A stretch of 64,000 nt of DNA from Eubacteriales bacterium (GCA_051867895.1 JBJDZH010000011.1:82540-146539); one strand, 5' to 3'; shown: positions 1 through 9,830, counted from the first letter of the stretch. Numbers and translations: made by a program. The notes: generated from the letters alone by a model not told the origin.

Positions 1-211
1 CAGCCAGAACCACGGCTATGCGGTCGTGCCGGATACGCTGCAAAACGGCAGCGTCCGCTTCGTCAATGCAAACGACGGCACCTGCGAGGGGATCGATTAT
101 CCGTCCCTGAACGCGTTTACCGTGCAGTTCCATCCGGAGGCATGCTCCGGACCGCAGGATACGGAATTTCTCTTTGACCGGTTCATTTCCATGATGGGAG
201 GTACGCACTGA
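1..211 (+). CDS. carA: carbamoyl-phosphate synthase small (glutaminase) subunit, C-terminal fragment; 5' end lies outside the window
   Basis: Frame 2 reads SQNHGYAVVPDT...FTVQFHPEACSGPQDTEFLFDRF, the class-I amidotransferase end of CarA. The stop at 209-211 overlaps the carB ATG (TGATG). Confidence 0.85.
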   Translation, partial: SQNHGYAVVPDTLQNGSVRFVNANDGTCEGIDYPSLNAFTVQFHPEACSGPQDTEFLFDRFISMMGGTH

Positions 212-3200
212 TGCCGCGCAATCCGGAAATCAAAAAAGTAATGGTCATCGGCTCCGGTCCCATCGTGATCGGACAGGCTGCCGAATTCGACTACGCGGGA
301 ACGCAGGCGTGCCGCGTTCTGCGCGAGGAGGGCGTCAACGTCGTTCTCGTCAATTCCAATCCTGCCACGATCATGACGGACAGCGCCATGGCGGACGAGA
401 TCTATCTGGAGCCGCTGACGGCGGAAACAGTCAAGCGTATCATCGAAAAGGAGCGCCCCGACAGCCTGCTTGCGGGACTGGGCGGACAGACCGGTCTGAC
501 GATCTCCATGCAGCTTGCACGGGAGGGCTTCCTCGATAAAATGGGCTGCCGCCTGCTCGGTACGAACGCCGAGGCGATCGACCGCGCTGAGGACAGAAAG
601 CTGTTCAAGGATACGATGGACGCGCTCGGACAGCCGACGATCCCCTCCGAGATCGCAAACGATGTGCCCCACGCGCTGGAGATCGCCGCACGGATCGGAT
701 ACCCGGTCATCATCCGCCCCGCCTTCACGCTCGGCGGCGCGGGCGGCGGCGTGGCATATACGCCCGATGAGCTGCGGGAGGTCGCTGCGGCAGGACTGGA
801 GATGTCTCCGATCACGCAGGTGCTGGTGGAGAAATACATCTACGGCTGGAAGGAGATCGAGTTTGAGGTCATGCGCGACTGTGCGGGCAACGCCATTGCC
901 GTGTGCAGCATGGAGAACTTCGACCCGGTCGGCGTCCACACCGGCGATTCCATCGTGGTCGCGCCCGCGCTGACGCTCTCCAATCAGGAATACCAGATGC
1001 TTCGCACCGCCTCGCTGCGGATCATTCAGGAGCTGAAGATCGTCGGCGGCTGCAACTGCCAGTTCGCTTTGAACCCGGACAGCATGCAGTACGCCGTCAT
1101 CGAGGTCAATCCGCGCGTCTCCCGCTCCTCTGCGCTCGCCTCCAAGGCGACGGGCTATCCGATCGCCAAAATCACGGCAAAGCTCGCGCTCGGCTACACG
1201 CTTGACGAGATCAAAAACGATATCACCGGCGTTACCTGCGCCTGCTTTGAGCCTGCGCTCGATTACGTCGTCGTCAAATTCCCGAAGTGGCCGTTCGACA
1301 AGTTTGCCGGTGCGCACCGCACGCTCGGTACACAGATGAAGGCGACGGGCGAGGTCATGGCGATCGCGCCGACCTTCGAGGCGGCGATCATGAAGGCGGT
1401 GCGCGGTGCGGAGATCTCCCTCGATACGCTGAACGCAAAACCGCTGGACAGCCGTCCGCTCCGCGAGAGACTGACAGACTGCGACGACAGGCGCCTCTTT
1501 ACCGTATTCGAGGCGATCAAGGCGGGGATGCCCGACCGGCTGATTCATGAGATCACTAAGATCGACAATTTCTTTCTGGATAAGCTCCGCAAGCTCGCGG
1601 AATATGAGGATCGCATCGCCGGCGCGGGACTGACGGAGGAGTCCTACCGGGAAGGAAAGCGCCTCGGCTATACGGACTCCGCTCTCCGGCGCATTTCCGG
1701 TGAGAGCAGCATGCCGCATGCGGACGCGTCGTATAAAATGGTCGATACCTGCGCGGCGGAGTTCCGCGCGGAAACGCCGTATTTCTATTCCGTCTACGAC
1801 CGCGAATGCGAGGCGCGCGCCTTCGCGCGTTCGGACAAGCCGCGCATCATCGTGCTCGGCTCCGGTCCCATCCGCATCGGACAGGGCATTGAGTTCGACT
1901 ATTCTTCCGTTCACTGCGTCTGGACGCTGAAAAAGCTCGGCTATGATGTTGTCATCATCAACAACAATCCCGAAACCGTCTCCACCGATTACGATACGGC
2001 GGACCGGCTGTATTTCGAGCCGCTGACGGAGGAGGACGTGATGAACGTCATCCGGGTGGAGCAGCCGATCGGCGTCGTCGTCGCGTTCGGCGGACAGACC
2101 GCCATCAAGCTGACGAAATTCCTCGACCACGCGGGGATTCCGATCCTCGGCACCTCCGCCGACGGCATCGATACCGCCGAGGACCGCGAACGATTTGACG
2201 CGCTGCTGGAGAAATTCGGCATCCGCCGCCCGCAGGGCTGCGGCGTCAAGACGACGGAGGAGGCGGTCGAGGCGGCGGCGCGCCTCGGATATCCGGTACT
2301 GCTGCGTCCTTCCTACGTAATCGGCGGACAGAACATGATGATCGTCCACAGCGAGAGCGAGGTGCGCCGCTATATGGGACGTATTCTCTCCGGCGGAATC
2401 GAGAACCCCGTGCTGGTGGACAAGTACATGAGCGGCACGGAACTGGAGGTCGACGTCATCTCCGACGGCAAGGACGTCCTGATTCCCGGCATCATGGAGC
2501 ATATCGAGCGCGCTGGCGTCCACAGCGGCGACTCCATCGCCGTCTATCCGCCCTATAATCTGACGGACAAAATGATGCAGACCGTCGCGGAGAATTCCAT
2601 GAAGCTGGCGCTCTCCCTCGGCACGAAGGGGCTTGTCAATATCCAGTACCTCATCTACGGCGGCGAGCTGTATGTCATCGAGGTCAATCCGCGCGCCTCC
2701 CGCACCGTGCCGTATATCAGCAAGGTTACCGGCGTGCCGATGGTCGATCTGGCTTCCCGCGTCATGTGCGGCGCGCCGCTCGCGGAGCTTGGATACGGCA
2801 CGGGCCTGTACCGGACGCCGCCGTACTGCGCTGTCAAGGTGCCTGTGTTCTCCTTTGAAAAGCTGACGGACGTCAACTCCAATCTCGGACCGGAGATGAA
2901 GAGCACCGGCGAGGTACTCGGCGTCGGCAAGAACATCCGTGAGGCGCTCTTCAAGGGACTGTGCGCTGCCGGCTTTAAGCTGAAATCTCCCCGCGAGTAT
3001 CCGGGCATCGGCGTTTTCATCAGCGTGGACAACCACGATCTGCCGGAGGCGGTCGGGCTCGCCAAGAAGCTCGACGATCTCGGCTACAGGCTGTATGCAA
3101 CGAAGGACACCGCCGGCATGATCGGTACGCTCGGCATTGACGCCGTATGCGTTCCCGGCGTATGCGAGAGCGGTGAGGTATTCCGCCTGCTGGAGGAAGA

Positions 3201-4245
3201 GAAGCTGGCCTGTGTCGTGTACACCGGCGCGCTGTACGACTCCACGCTGGATGACTATATCGCGCTCCACCGCCGCGCGCTGCTCTCCGGCGTCGCGTGC
3301 CTGTCGTCGCTCGACACGGCGAACGCCTTCGCGGACACGATCGCCAGCCGCTACAGCGAGCAGAATACGGAGCTGGTCGATATCACACGTCTGCGTCGTG
3401 AGCGCGGCAGACTGCATTTCTCCAAGATGCAGGGAAGTGCGGATGACTATATCTTCATCGAGAATTTCGACGGCTCGATCTCCTGCCCGGAATCGCTGTG
3501 CATTCTCATGTGCGACCGGCATTACGGCGTCGGCGCGCTCGGCATCGTTCTGATGGAGCACTCCGATGTGGCGGACGTGAAGATGCGCGTGTTCAACAGC
3601 GACGGCAGCGAGGGCAAGATGGCGGGAAACTCTATCCGCTGCGTCGGCAAGTACATCCGCGACCATGGAATCGTCGATAGGGATGAGATCACGGTCGAGA
3701 CAGCGAGCGGCATCCGCCGCCTGACGCTGTACATGCGCAACGGACTGGTTGGCTCCGCGTGCGTGGATATGGGCGCGGTCTCCCTGGCGGCGAAAGATGT
3801 CCCCTGTACGCTCGGACCGGAGCGTATCGTGAACGAGCCTGCCGTGATCGGCGGCAGAGAATACCGTATCACGTGCGTCAGCGTCGGAAATCCGCACTGC
3901 GTCGTCTTTGTCGATCGCGTGGATCCGGTGGATGTGGAGACGATCGGACCGGAGTTTGAGTATGCACCGATATTCCCGGAGCGGACGAATACGGAATTTG
4001 TGCGTGTCGTCAACCGCAATACGCTGAAAATGCGCGTCTGGGAACGCGGAAACGGGGAAACGATGGCGTGCGGCACCGGCGCGTGCGCGGCGGTCGCAGC
4101 CGCTGTGGCGAACGGTTTGTGCGAAAAGAATGAGGAAATCACAGTCAAGACGCACGGCGGCGATCTGATCGTGCGCTATACGGATGAGAGCGTTACGCTC
4201 ACTGGGAAGGCGTCCCTGGTTTACGAGGGTTATATTGAATACTGA
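211..4245 (+). CDS. carB: carbamoyl-phosphate synthase large subunit fused in frame to a C-terminal diaminopimelate-epimerase-like domain (1344 aa)
   Basis: Two ATP-grasp halves are visible (VMVIGSGPIVIGQAAEFDYAG and IIVLGSGPIRIGQGIEFDYS, IEVNPRVSRSSALASKATG, IEVNPRASRT) plus an MGS-like end. The ORF then continues about 277 aa without a stop into DapF motifs. Confidence 0.9.
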   Translation: MPRNPEIKKVMVIGSGPIVIGQAAEFDYAGTQACRVLREEGVNVVLVNSNPATIMTDSAMADEIYLEPLTAETVKRIIEKERPDSLLAGLGGQTGLTISMQLAREGFLDKMGCRLLGTNAEAIDRAEDRKLFKDTMDALGQPTIPSEIANDVPHALEIAARIGYPVIIRPAFTLGGAGGGVAYTPDELREVAAAGLEMSPITQVLVEKYIYGWKEIEFEVMRDCAGNAIAVCSMENFDPVGVHTGDSIVVAPALTLSNQEYQMLRTASLRIIQELKIVGGCNCQFALNPDSMQYAVIEVNPRVSRSSALASKATGYPIAKITAKLALGYTLDEIKNDITGVTCACFEPALDYVVVKFPKWPFDKFAGAHRTLGTQMKATGEVMAIAPTFEAAIMKAVRGAEISLDTLNAKPLDSRPLRERLTDCDDRRLFTVFEAIKAGMPDRLIHEITKIDNFFLDKLRKLAEYEDRIAGAGLTEESYREGKRLGYTDSALRRISGESSMPHADASYKMVDTCAAEFRAETPYFYSVYDRECEARAFARSDKPRIIVLGSGPIRIGQGIEFDYSSVHCVWTLKKLGYDVVIINNNPETVSTDYDTADRLYFEPLTEEDVMNVIRVEQPIGVVVAFGGQTAIKLTKFLDHAGIPILGTSADGIDTAEDRERFDALLEKFGIRRPQGCGVKTTEEAVEAAARLGYPVLLRPSYVIGGQNMMIVHSESEVRRYMGRILSGGIENPVLVDKYMSGTELEVDVISDGKDVLIPGIMEHIERAGVHSGDSIAVYPPYNLTDKMMQTVAENSMKLALSLGTKGLVNIQYLIYGGELYVIEVNPRASRTVPYISKVTGVPMVDLASRVMCGAPLAELGYGTGLYRTPPYCAVKVPVFSFEKLTDVNSNLGPEMKSTGEVLGVGKNIREALFKGLCAAGFKLKSPREYPGIGVFISVDNHDLPEAVGLAKKLDDLGYRLYATKDTAGMIGTLGIDAVCVPGVCESGEVFRLLEEEKLACVVYTGALYDSTLDDYIALHRRALLSGVACLSSLDTANAFADTIASRYSEQNTELVDITRLRRERGRLHFSKMQGSADDYIFIENFDGSISCPESLCILMCDRHYGVGALGIVLMEHSDVADVKMRVFNSDGSEGKMAGNSIRCVGKYIRDHGIVDRDEITVETASGIRRLTLYMRNGLVGSACVDMGAVSLAAKDVPCTLGPERIVNEPAVIGGREYRITCVSVGNPHCVVFVDRVDPVDVETIGPEFEYAPIFPERTNTEFVRVVNRNTLKMRVWERGNGETMACGTGACAAVAAAVANGLCEKNEEITVKTHGGDLIVRYTDESVTLTGKASLVYEGYIEY
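3412..4245 (+). other. DapF-like (diaminopimelate epimerase fold) domain inside the carB ORF
   Basis: LHFSKMQGSADDYIFIE resembles the DapF N-terminus (M.F.KMHG.GNDY/F). Both catalytic Cys contexts are present: GNSIRCVGKY (Cys codon 3640-3642) and ERGNGETMACGTGACAAVAAA (Cys codon 4078-4080). Confidence 0.8.
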
Positions 4246-4262
4246 TAACGGAGGAAAACAGT

Positions 4263-4604
4263 ATGCCATACGTTCATATCAGCACCTCGGCGGAGCTGTC
4301 CGCCGAAAAAAAGAGCGCGCTTTTGGAAAAGATCGCGCTGCTGCTCCCGATCCTGCCGGGCAAGAACCGGAACAACGCCATGGTGCAGCTCGACGGAAGC
4401 TGCTTTATGGCAATGGGCGATCCGTCGATCTCCTGCGCCTTCGCCGAGATCCGCCTGTACGGAAAGTCGCCTGCGGCGGCAAAGGAGAAATTCGCTGCGT
4501 CGCTGACGGAGCTGCTCTCCGGAGCACTCGGCGTCCCGACGGATCACGTGTATCTCAACTACTTTGAGATGGATCACTGGGGCATGAACGGAACGGTGAT
4601 CTGA
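4263..4604 (+). CDS. MIF-family tautomerase (Pro-1 tautomerase superfamily)
   Basis: GGAGG RBS 7 nt upstream. The N-terminus is MPYVHI (Pro-1 after Met). LPGKN and the C-terminal VYLNYFEMDHWGMNGTV fit the MIF-domain pattern. Confidence 0.65.
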   Translation: MPYVHISTSAELSAEKKSALLEKIALLLPILPGKNRNNAMVQLDGSCFMAMGDPSISCAFAEIRLYGKSPAAAKEKFAASLTELLSGALGVPTDHVYLNYFEMDHWGMNGTVI

Positions 4605-4631
4605 GCTTTCTCAAGGCAGTTCCCGCATCCG

Positions 4632-4685
4632 AAAAAAGCTCCGGCGCGCTGTGCAGAGCACAGCTGCGCCGGAGCATCTGTTTTG
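4632..4685. terminator. bidirectional intrinsic terminator between convergent genes
   Basis: GCTCCGGCGC (4638-4647) pairs with GCGCCGGAGC (4666-4675), with an inner GCTGTGC/GCACAGC stem. An A-tract lies upstream and a T-tract downstream. Confidence 0.65.
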
Positions 4686-4708
4686 AAAGGAGAGAATGCA
4701 GGCGCGCG

Positions 4709-5314
4709 TCAGGTGCCGAGATAGGCGATCATCAGCTTCAGCGCGCGGACGACCTCGGATATGGGCAGAAACGGTGTCCCCGCCGGGAAGCAGGCGAGCT
4801 GTGACTCGTCCGGCGGAATGTGGATAAAGCCGCAGCGAAGACGCGGGTCGTTCAGCTCCGCATAGCGCAGGAGACGGTAGAAGAGATTGTTGCAGACATA
4901 TGTACCCGCGGAGTAGGAGATTTTCGTCGGGATGCCCGCCTCGCGCAGAAGCTGGGACAGCTCGCGCAGCGGCAGACGCGAGGAGACCGATTCCGGTCCT
5001 GCGGGATCGATCTTTTCTCCGCTGAAGGTGATGCCCGCGTTGTCCGGCGCGCTGGCGGCTTTTACGTTGACGGCGGTGTTTTCCAGGGAAACGCCCTCGC
5101 GTCCCGCTGCCTGCCCGAGACAGAGGACGGCGTCCGGTTGCCAGCGGTCGAGCATTGCGTCGAGCATGTCGCCGCAGCGGTCGTAGACGACGGGAATCTC
5201 CGCACGCAGGATCTCATGCTCTCCGAGCGTGTCGGGAAGACGCCGCACCGCTTCATAGGAAGGATTTATTTTACTTTTCCCAAACGGAGCAAAACCCGTA
5301 ATCAAAAACCGCAT
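4709..5314 (-). CDS. pcp: pyroglutamyl-peptidase I (pyrrolidone-carboxylate peptidase)
   Basis: MRFLITGFAPFGKSKINPSYEAV..., GTYVCNNLFY (catalytic Cys context) and GFIHIP (His context). Confidence 0.9.
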   Translation of the reverse strand: MRFLITGFAPFGKSKINPSYEAVRRLPDTLGEHEILRAEIPVVYDRCGDMLDAMLDRWQPDAVLCLGQAAGREGVSLENTAVNVKAASAPDNAGITFSGEKIDPAGPESVSSRLPLRELSQLLREAGIPTKISYSAGTYVCNNLFYRLLRYAELNDPRLRCGFIHIPPDESQLACFPAGTPFLPISEVVRALKLMIAYLGT

Positions 5315-5353
5315 AGCAGCATCCTTTTCCGTATCTGTGAGATTTATGCTTCT

Positions 5354-5382
5354 ATTTTAGCACACGAACTGTTGTTTTTCAA
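5354..5382 (-). promoter_or_regulatory. sigma-A-type promoter for pcp
   Basis: Minus strand reads TTGAAA (5382-5377), a 17-nt spacer, then TGcTAAAAT (extended -10, hexamer 5359-5354). Confidence 0.5.
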
Positions 5383-5511
5383 CGGGATTACAGAAAAAAG
5401 ATTACCAAATTTAGGAGTTTTTTTGCGCGGTTGTGGGGCAGATGTGTCGAAAACTGGTGCAATTCTCGTCGATACGGAGTGCAAACGGAGGGAAAGAGGG
5501 GGGGATGCGCC

Positions 5512-5565
5512 AAAAACAGGCAGCGCCCGCATGAGGGGATCAATGCGGACGCTGCCTTCTTTTTG
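5512..5565 (-). terminator. intrinsic terminator after the SPFH-RHH pair
   Basis: AGGCAGCG (5518-5525) pairs with CGCTGCCT (5550-5557), with an inner CCGCAT/ATGCGG stem. The hairpin is flanked by A and T tracts. Confidence 0.6.
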
Positions 5566-5584
5566 GATGGGATAGTTGTGTGCC

Positions 5585-5788
5585 TCAGTCGTTTTTCTGC
5601 TTTTCCGCCGGGGGAAAGGCGGGCGTGTACGCGCCGTTTTTTGCGCGCTGGCGGACGCATTCCGTCAGGAGATATTCGATCTGACCGTTGACGGAACGGA
5701 AATCCTCCTCCGCCCACGCGGCCAGCGCGTCGTACAGCTTCGGTGAGAGCCGGAGCGGCACCTGCTTTTTTCCTTCCTTATCCGCCAT
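5585..5788 (-). CDS. ribbon-helix-helix (Arc/CopG-like) DNA-binding protein
   Basis: [33 protein letters not shown] is a typical RHH beta-strand plus two-helix pattern. Its ATG overlaps the upstream stop by 1 nt. Confidence 0.6.
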   Translation of the reverse strand: MADKEGKKQVPLRLSPKLYDALAAWAEEDFRSVNGQIEYLLTECVRQRAKNGAYTPAFPPAEKQKND

Positions 5789-6807
5789 CAGTACAGGGAA
5801 CCGGAATTTACGACCGGCTGCGCGTCCTTATTGCCGCACAGCACAACAAGCAGATTCGATACCATCGCCGCTTTGCGTTCCTCGTCCAGGTGCACGATCT
5901 CCCCGTCGTGGAGCTTTTCCAGCGCCATCTCGACCATGCCGACCGCGCCGTCCACGATCATCTTGCGCGCGTCCACAACGGCGGACGCCTGCTGCCGCTG
6001 GAGCATGACGGCGGCGATCTCCGGCGCGTACGCCAGATAGGTGATGCGCGCCTCGAGAATCTCCAGCCCCGCGCACGAGATCCGCGCCTGGATCTCCTCG
6101 CGGATGCGCTCCGCGACAATCTCGCTGGAGCCGCGCAGCGAGCCTTCATCCGGTTCTCCGTCGCCGGTCGTATCGACGTTCTGCGCGACGTCGTACGGAT
6201 ACAGCCGGACAATGTTGCGCAGCGCCGCGTCGCACTGCAGCGAGAGGAATTCCTTGTAGTTGTCGACATCAAACACTGCCTTGGCGGTGTCGGCAACGCG
6301 CCAGATCACCGCGATGCCGATCTCGACCGGGTTTCCGAGGCAGTCGTTGATCTTCTGCTTATTGTTGTTCAGCGTCATGACCTTGAGTGAGATCTTCTTA
6401 TCGGCAGGCGTGACCGTCACCGAGCCGCTGGAACTGACCGTGATCGGATTTTTCGTCTCGGAGCTGACGTCGCCGCTCTGCCGCAGGGAGGTCCGCGCGG
6501 CGGGATTGACCGCTACGCAGAAGGGATTGACACAGTAGAAGCCCGCGCCCTTCAGGGTGCCGATGTAACGGCCGAACAGTGTTAGAACCAGCGCCTCCTG
6601 CGGCTTCAGAACCCGCAGACCGAGCAGCGGTATCCAGCCGGCGATCAGATACAAAAGCCCGAGAACGAACAGGACAATTCCCCCAATCGCACCGGCTTCG
6701 ATGCCGATCGCGCCCAAGATCACCGCGGCGATCGCCGCAAGAAAACCGAGAATTGTCCCGATCAGTACGCCCATACCGCTTTTTGCCTGCAAAATTTTCT
6801 CTTCCAT
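5788..6807 (-). CDS. SPFH/band-7 domain membrane protein
   Basis: N-terminal TM helices are followed by [33 protein letters not shown] and an SPFH-like core. Start chosen at MEEK (6807), with GGAGG at 6823-6819; a GTG at 6810 is also possible. Confidence 0.8.
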   Translation of the reverse strand: MEEKILQAKSGMGVLIGTILGFLAAIAAVILGAIGIEAGAIGGIVLFVLGLLYLIAGWIPLLGLRVLKPQEALVLTLFGRYIGTLKGAGFYCVNPFCVAVNPAARTSLRQSGDVSSETKNPITVSSSGSVTVTPADKKISLKVMTLNNNKQKINDCLGNPVEIGIAVIWRVADTAKAVFDVDNYKEFLSLQCDAALRNIVRLYPYDVAQNVDTTGDGEPDEGSLRGSSEIVAERIREEIQARISCAGLEILEARITYLAYAPEIAAVMLQRQQASAVVDARKMIVDGAVGMVEMALEKLHDGEIVHLDEERKAAMVSNLLVVLCGNKDAQPVVNSGSLY

Positions 6808-6899
6808 CACAATGCTTTCCTCCAATTGATTTGGTATCATTATGATATCATATCGATTTTCGCGAAGCAAGATGAAAAAACGCGAATTTACATTTTGTT

Positions 6900-6940
6900 C
6901 ATAAAATAAGGGGAGACGCTTTTATGAAAAGCGCCTCCCC
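6900..6940 (-). terminator. intrinsic terminator after the ABC exporter gene
   Basis: The GGGGAGACGCTTTT / AAAAGCGCCTCCCC hairpin is followed on the minus strand by TTATTTTAT. Confidence 0.55.
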
Positions 6941-7046
6941 GCTTCCTCAGCGAAAGCTATTCATCCGGATCCCATCCTGTGAATACACTGCCCACAGACA
7001 GTTGCTGTAGTTCAAGAGGTTTTGAAAGGGGTCCGGGGGAAATTTC

Positions 7047-9023
7047 TCATGCATTTTCCCCCGGCATCTCCCGGCATTCTTTCAGCGTCTCCCGGCACCT
7101 CTCGCGTCTTTCCTGCGCGGGCTCCCCGTCGCCGGCGTGCTCGATGTAGCGCTGCGCCTGCGTCGTGAAGAGTTCATAGTATCTGCCGTGCTGCTTCATC
7201 AGCTCGGCGTGCGTCCCTTCTTCGATCAGCCTTCCGTATTCCATGACGAGGATCTTGGAAGCCGTTGTCGCGCTGGAGAGGCGGTGGGATACGAAGATCG
7301 TCGTTTTTCCGGCTGCCAGCCGGTCGAATTCGTTGTAGATCTCCTGCTCCGCCATCGGATCCAGAGCGCTTGTCGGCTCGTCGAGAATCAGAATGTCGGA
7401 ATCGCGGTAGAACGCCCGCGCGATCGCGAGCTTCTGCCACTGCCCACCGGACAGCTCTACGCCGTTTTCTTCAAAATTGCGCATCAGAGGCGTTTCGTAG
7501 CCGTCCGGAAGCTGCGTGATAAAGGTGTCCGCATTGCTCTGCCGCGCCGCCATATGGATCGCTTCTTCATCCGCCTGGCGCTCGATGCCGCCGTAGCGGA
7601 TGTTTTCGGTAACATTCACAGCATATTTCCCGAAATCCTGGAAGATAATGCCGAAAATGCGGTACAGCTCCTCCACATCGTATTCGCGGATGTCCCGCCC
7701 GTCCAGAAGGATCACACCCTCCGTCGGATCGTACAGCCTCGTAATCAACTTGATGAGCGTCGTTTTGCCCGCTCCGTTCAGCCCGACGAGCACGACCGTC
7801 TCGCCCGCCCGAATTGTTAGATTCACATGACTGATGACGTCGCGCTGCGTGCCCGGATAACGGAAGGATACGTCCCGCAGCTCGATCGTGTGTCCGATGC
7901 CGTGAAGGGGCACGGCGGGCTCGGCGAGCGTCGGACGGATGCGCGGCTCCTCCTCCATGAAGGAGATCATGTTTTCAATAAACAGCGTCCCTTCATAGAT
8001 GGTGGCGGTCGTCGTGATGAAATTGGTCACGCCGGAGCCGATGGAGCTGAGGGCGCCGGTGTACAGCGAGTAATCGCCGACGCGCAGAAGCCCGTCGCAC
8101 ACCTGCTTGGCAATGTACAGAAACAGCACGCAGTTGACGGCGGTCCGCAGCACCGACATCAGCATATGCCACATCGTTTCGTTGACAGTCAGGCGCTTCT
8201 GCCCCTTGAAATACTTGCGGAATACCTCGTCAAAGCGTCCGATGAAGACGTCCGCAAGGTTGTAGAGCTTGATTTCCTTGACCATGTGCTGATTTGTCAC
8301 CAGACCGCCGAAGTAGTTCATCTCGCGGCGGTCGCGCGAGCGCTGGCGGATGTAATCCACATTTTTCGCACGGTAGATGAAGTTGACCGCCGCGGAGGGG
8401 ATCGCAAACAGAATGATGATGCCGGGAGCGGCGGGACTGACGCCCCACAGAATGGCGATAAAGCTGAACATGCTGATGAGCGTGCTGACGAGGCTGAAGG
8501 AGGAGTTCAGAATATCCATCGGGCGCGTGCCCGCCTCGCGGTTTGCGTTCTCCAGCTTTGCGTAGAATTCCGGCATGTCGAAGCTCGCAAGATCGACGGT
8601 TTTTGCCTTGCGCATGATTTTCAGCTTGATGTAGTGTACGACGATCTCATTGGAGATGCGGCGGATCAGATTGTTGACCGTGGTGATAATGCTGACGGTG
8701 AAATTAAAGACGAACAGCGTGACCAGAAGCGTCAGGACGGAGCGGAATACCTCCTCGCCGATATAGGCGGCGGCGAGACGGTTGAGAAGCTCCGCGCGGA
8801 TCTTGGCGCCGATGACGGGCGTTACGCCGTTGAAGACCGACATAAAGACCATCAGAAACAGCATCCACGGGCTTGCTTCCCACACGAGCGTGTACATGTA
8901 AAACAGCCGTTTGAAAAAATCGTGTGTGATGCCGCCGATATAGGCGGGCACCTCCCGGATTCTTTTCGGGTGCGGACGCCGGTACGGATTGTCAATATCC
9001 CATCTGCTGTAGTGATATGCCAT
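7047..9023 (-). CDS. ABC exporter, fused permease/ATPase (MsbA/multidrug type)
   Basis: Six-TM N-terminal half, Walker A LVGLNGAGKTTL, signature LSGGQWQKLAIARA and Walker B ILILDEPTSALD. Confidence 0.9.
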   Translation of the reverse strand: MAYHYSRWDIDNPYRRPHPKRIREVPAYIGGITHDFFKRLFYMYTLVWEASPWMLFLMVFMSVFNGVTPVIGAKIRAELLNRLAAAYIGEEVFRSVLTLLVTLFVFNFTVSIITTVNNLIRRISNEIVVHYIKLKIMRKAKTVDLASFDMPEFYAKLENANREAGTRPMDILNSSFSLVSTLISMFSFIAILWGVSPAAPGIIILFAIPSAAVNFIYRAKNVDYIRQRSRDRREMNYFGGLVTNQHMVKEIKLYNLADVFIGRFDEVFRKYFKGQKRLTVNETMWHMLMSVLRTAVNCVLFLYIAKQVCDGLLRVGDYSLYTGALSSIGSGVTNFITTTATIYEGTLFIENMISFMEEEPRIRPTLAEPAVPLHGIGHTIELRDVSFRYPGTQRDVISHVNLTIRAGETVVLVGLNGAGKTTLIKLITRLYDPTEGVILLDGRDIREYDVEELYRIFGIIFQDFGKYAVNVTENIRYGGIERQADEEAIHMAARQSNADTFITQLPDGYETPLMRNFEENGVELSGGQWQKLAIARAFYRDSDILILDEPTSALDPMAEQEIYNEFDRLAAGKTTIFVSHRLSSATTASKILVMEYGRLIEEGTHAELMKQHGRYYELFTTQAQRYIEHAGDGEPAQERRERCRETLKECREMPGENA

Positions 9024-9186
9024 GCAGGCACGCCTCCATTATTTCTAAAATGTGAATTTCTAATTTTAATTATACAGGGGGACAAAGGAAAAAGCAAGGG
9101 CTCCCGCGAAGAATCGGAGCATTGCCCAAAGAGCGGCGGAGAGCAGGGGAATCTGTGACGCTCCTTACCAAAAAATACAGCAATAT

Positions 9187-9231
9187 GCAAAAAAGCAGGT
9201 ATGCGTTTTTGGTGAAAACGTATACCTGCTT
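9187..9231 (-). terminator. intrinsic terminator
   Basis: AAGCAGGTAT (9193-9202) pairs with ATACCTGCTT (9222-9231). A T-tract follows on the minus strand (9193-9189). Confidence 0.6.
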
Positions 9232-9248
9232 GTCGGGGAGAGGGAAGA

Positions 9249-9830
9249 TCAGCCGCCGAGAGCTTCACGCTCGGCGCGGCTCAGCTTGTACGGCTCGTTG
9301 ACGACGTTCTGATCGGCGTAATGGATGACATCACGGGTAATCTCCTCGTCGCCGCAGTACATAATCAGCGTCAGATCGCTCGTTTCGGAAACGTCCACGC
9401 CGGAGAACACCAGCCGCCGGTAATTGTACATCAGCTTTTCCTCGGAGGCGGCGACGTCAGGCGTGAACTGTGCGCCCGACGCGGAATCCGTCAGCACAAA
9501 GCGGAATTCCGTTTCCTCGGGCAGATCGTTATAGGAGTAGACGCTGTCGTTATAGCGCACGGTGATCTGTACCTCGCGCGCCTGCGGCGCCCAGGCGAAG
9601 GAGTACGCCGACATATAGCCGTTCTCCGAGATCTCGCGCACGACCTTGTGCGTGAGGATCTCCGGCTCGCCGTCCGCCGCAGCGTAGGCAGCGCGCAGAG
9701 CGGGGGTGGGGATCAGGGCGGCGAGCGTCCGCTGATCCGCCGCGAAGCAGCAGCGCAGAATGAACAGCGCGTTGAGGAAAAAAATCACAAAAACGACAAG
9801 CCCCTTGGCAATGCGGCCGGCAAGCTTCAT
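9249..9830 (-). CDS. hypothetical membrane-anchored protein
   Basis: The ORF has coding-like GC3 bias and one N-terminal TM helix (GLVVFVIFFLNALFILRCCF). I recognise no family. Confidence 0.45.
   Translation of the reverse strand: MKLAGRIAKGLVVFVIFFLNALFILRCCFAADQRTLAALIPTPALRAAYAAADGEPEILTHKVVREISENGYMSAYSFAWAPQAREVQITVRYNDSVYSYNDLPEETEFRFVLTDSASGAQFTPDVAASEEKLMYNYRRLVFSGVDVSETSDLTLIMYCGDEEITRDVIHYADQNVVNEPYKLSRAEREALGG

Noticed and set aside
97-4269. 1390-aa ORF on the minus strand, antisense to carB.
   Set aside because: It is a shadow ORF typical of GC-rich DNA. The product is Arg/Ala/Asp/His-rich low complexity with no motifs, while the plus strand encodes an unmistakable CarB.
7032-7062. 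CCGGGGGAA/TTCCCCCGG hairpin overlapping the ABC exporter stop codon.
   Set aside because: No U-tract follows in either orientation, and a better terminator lies at 6900-6940. It is probably incidental.
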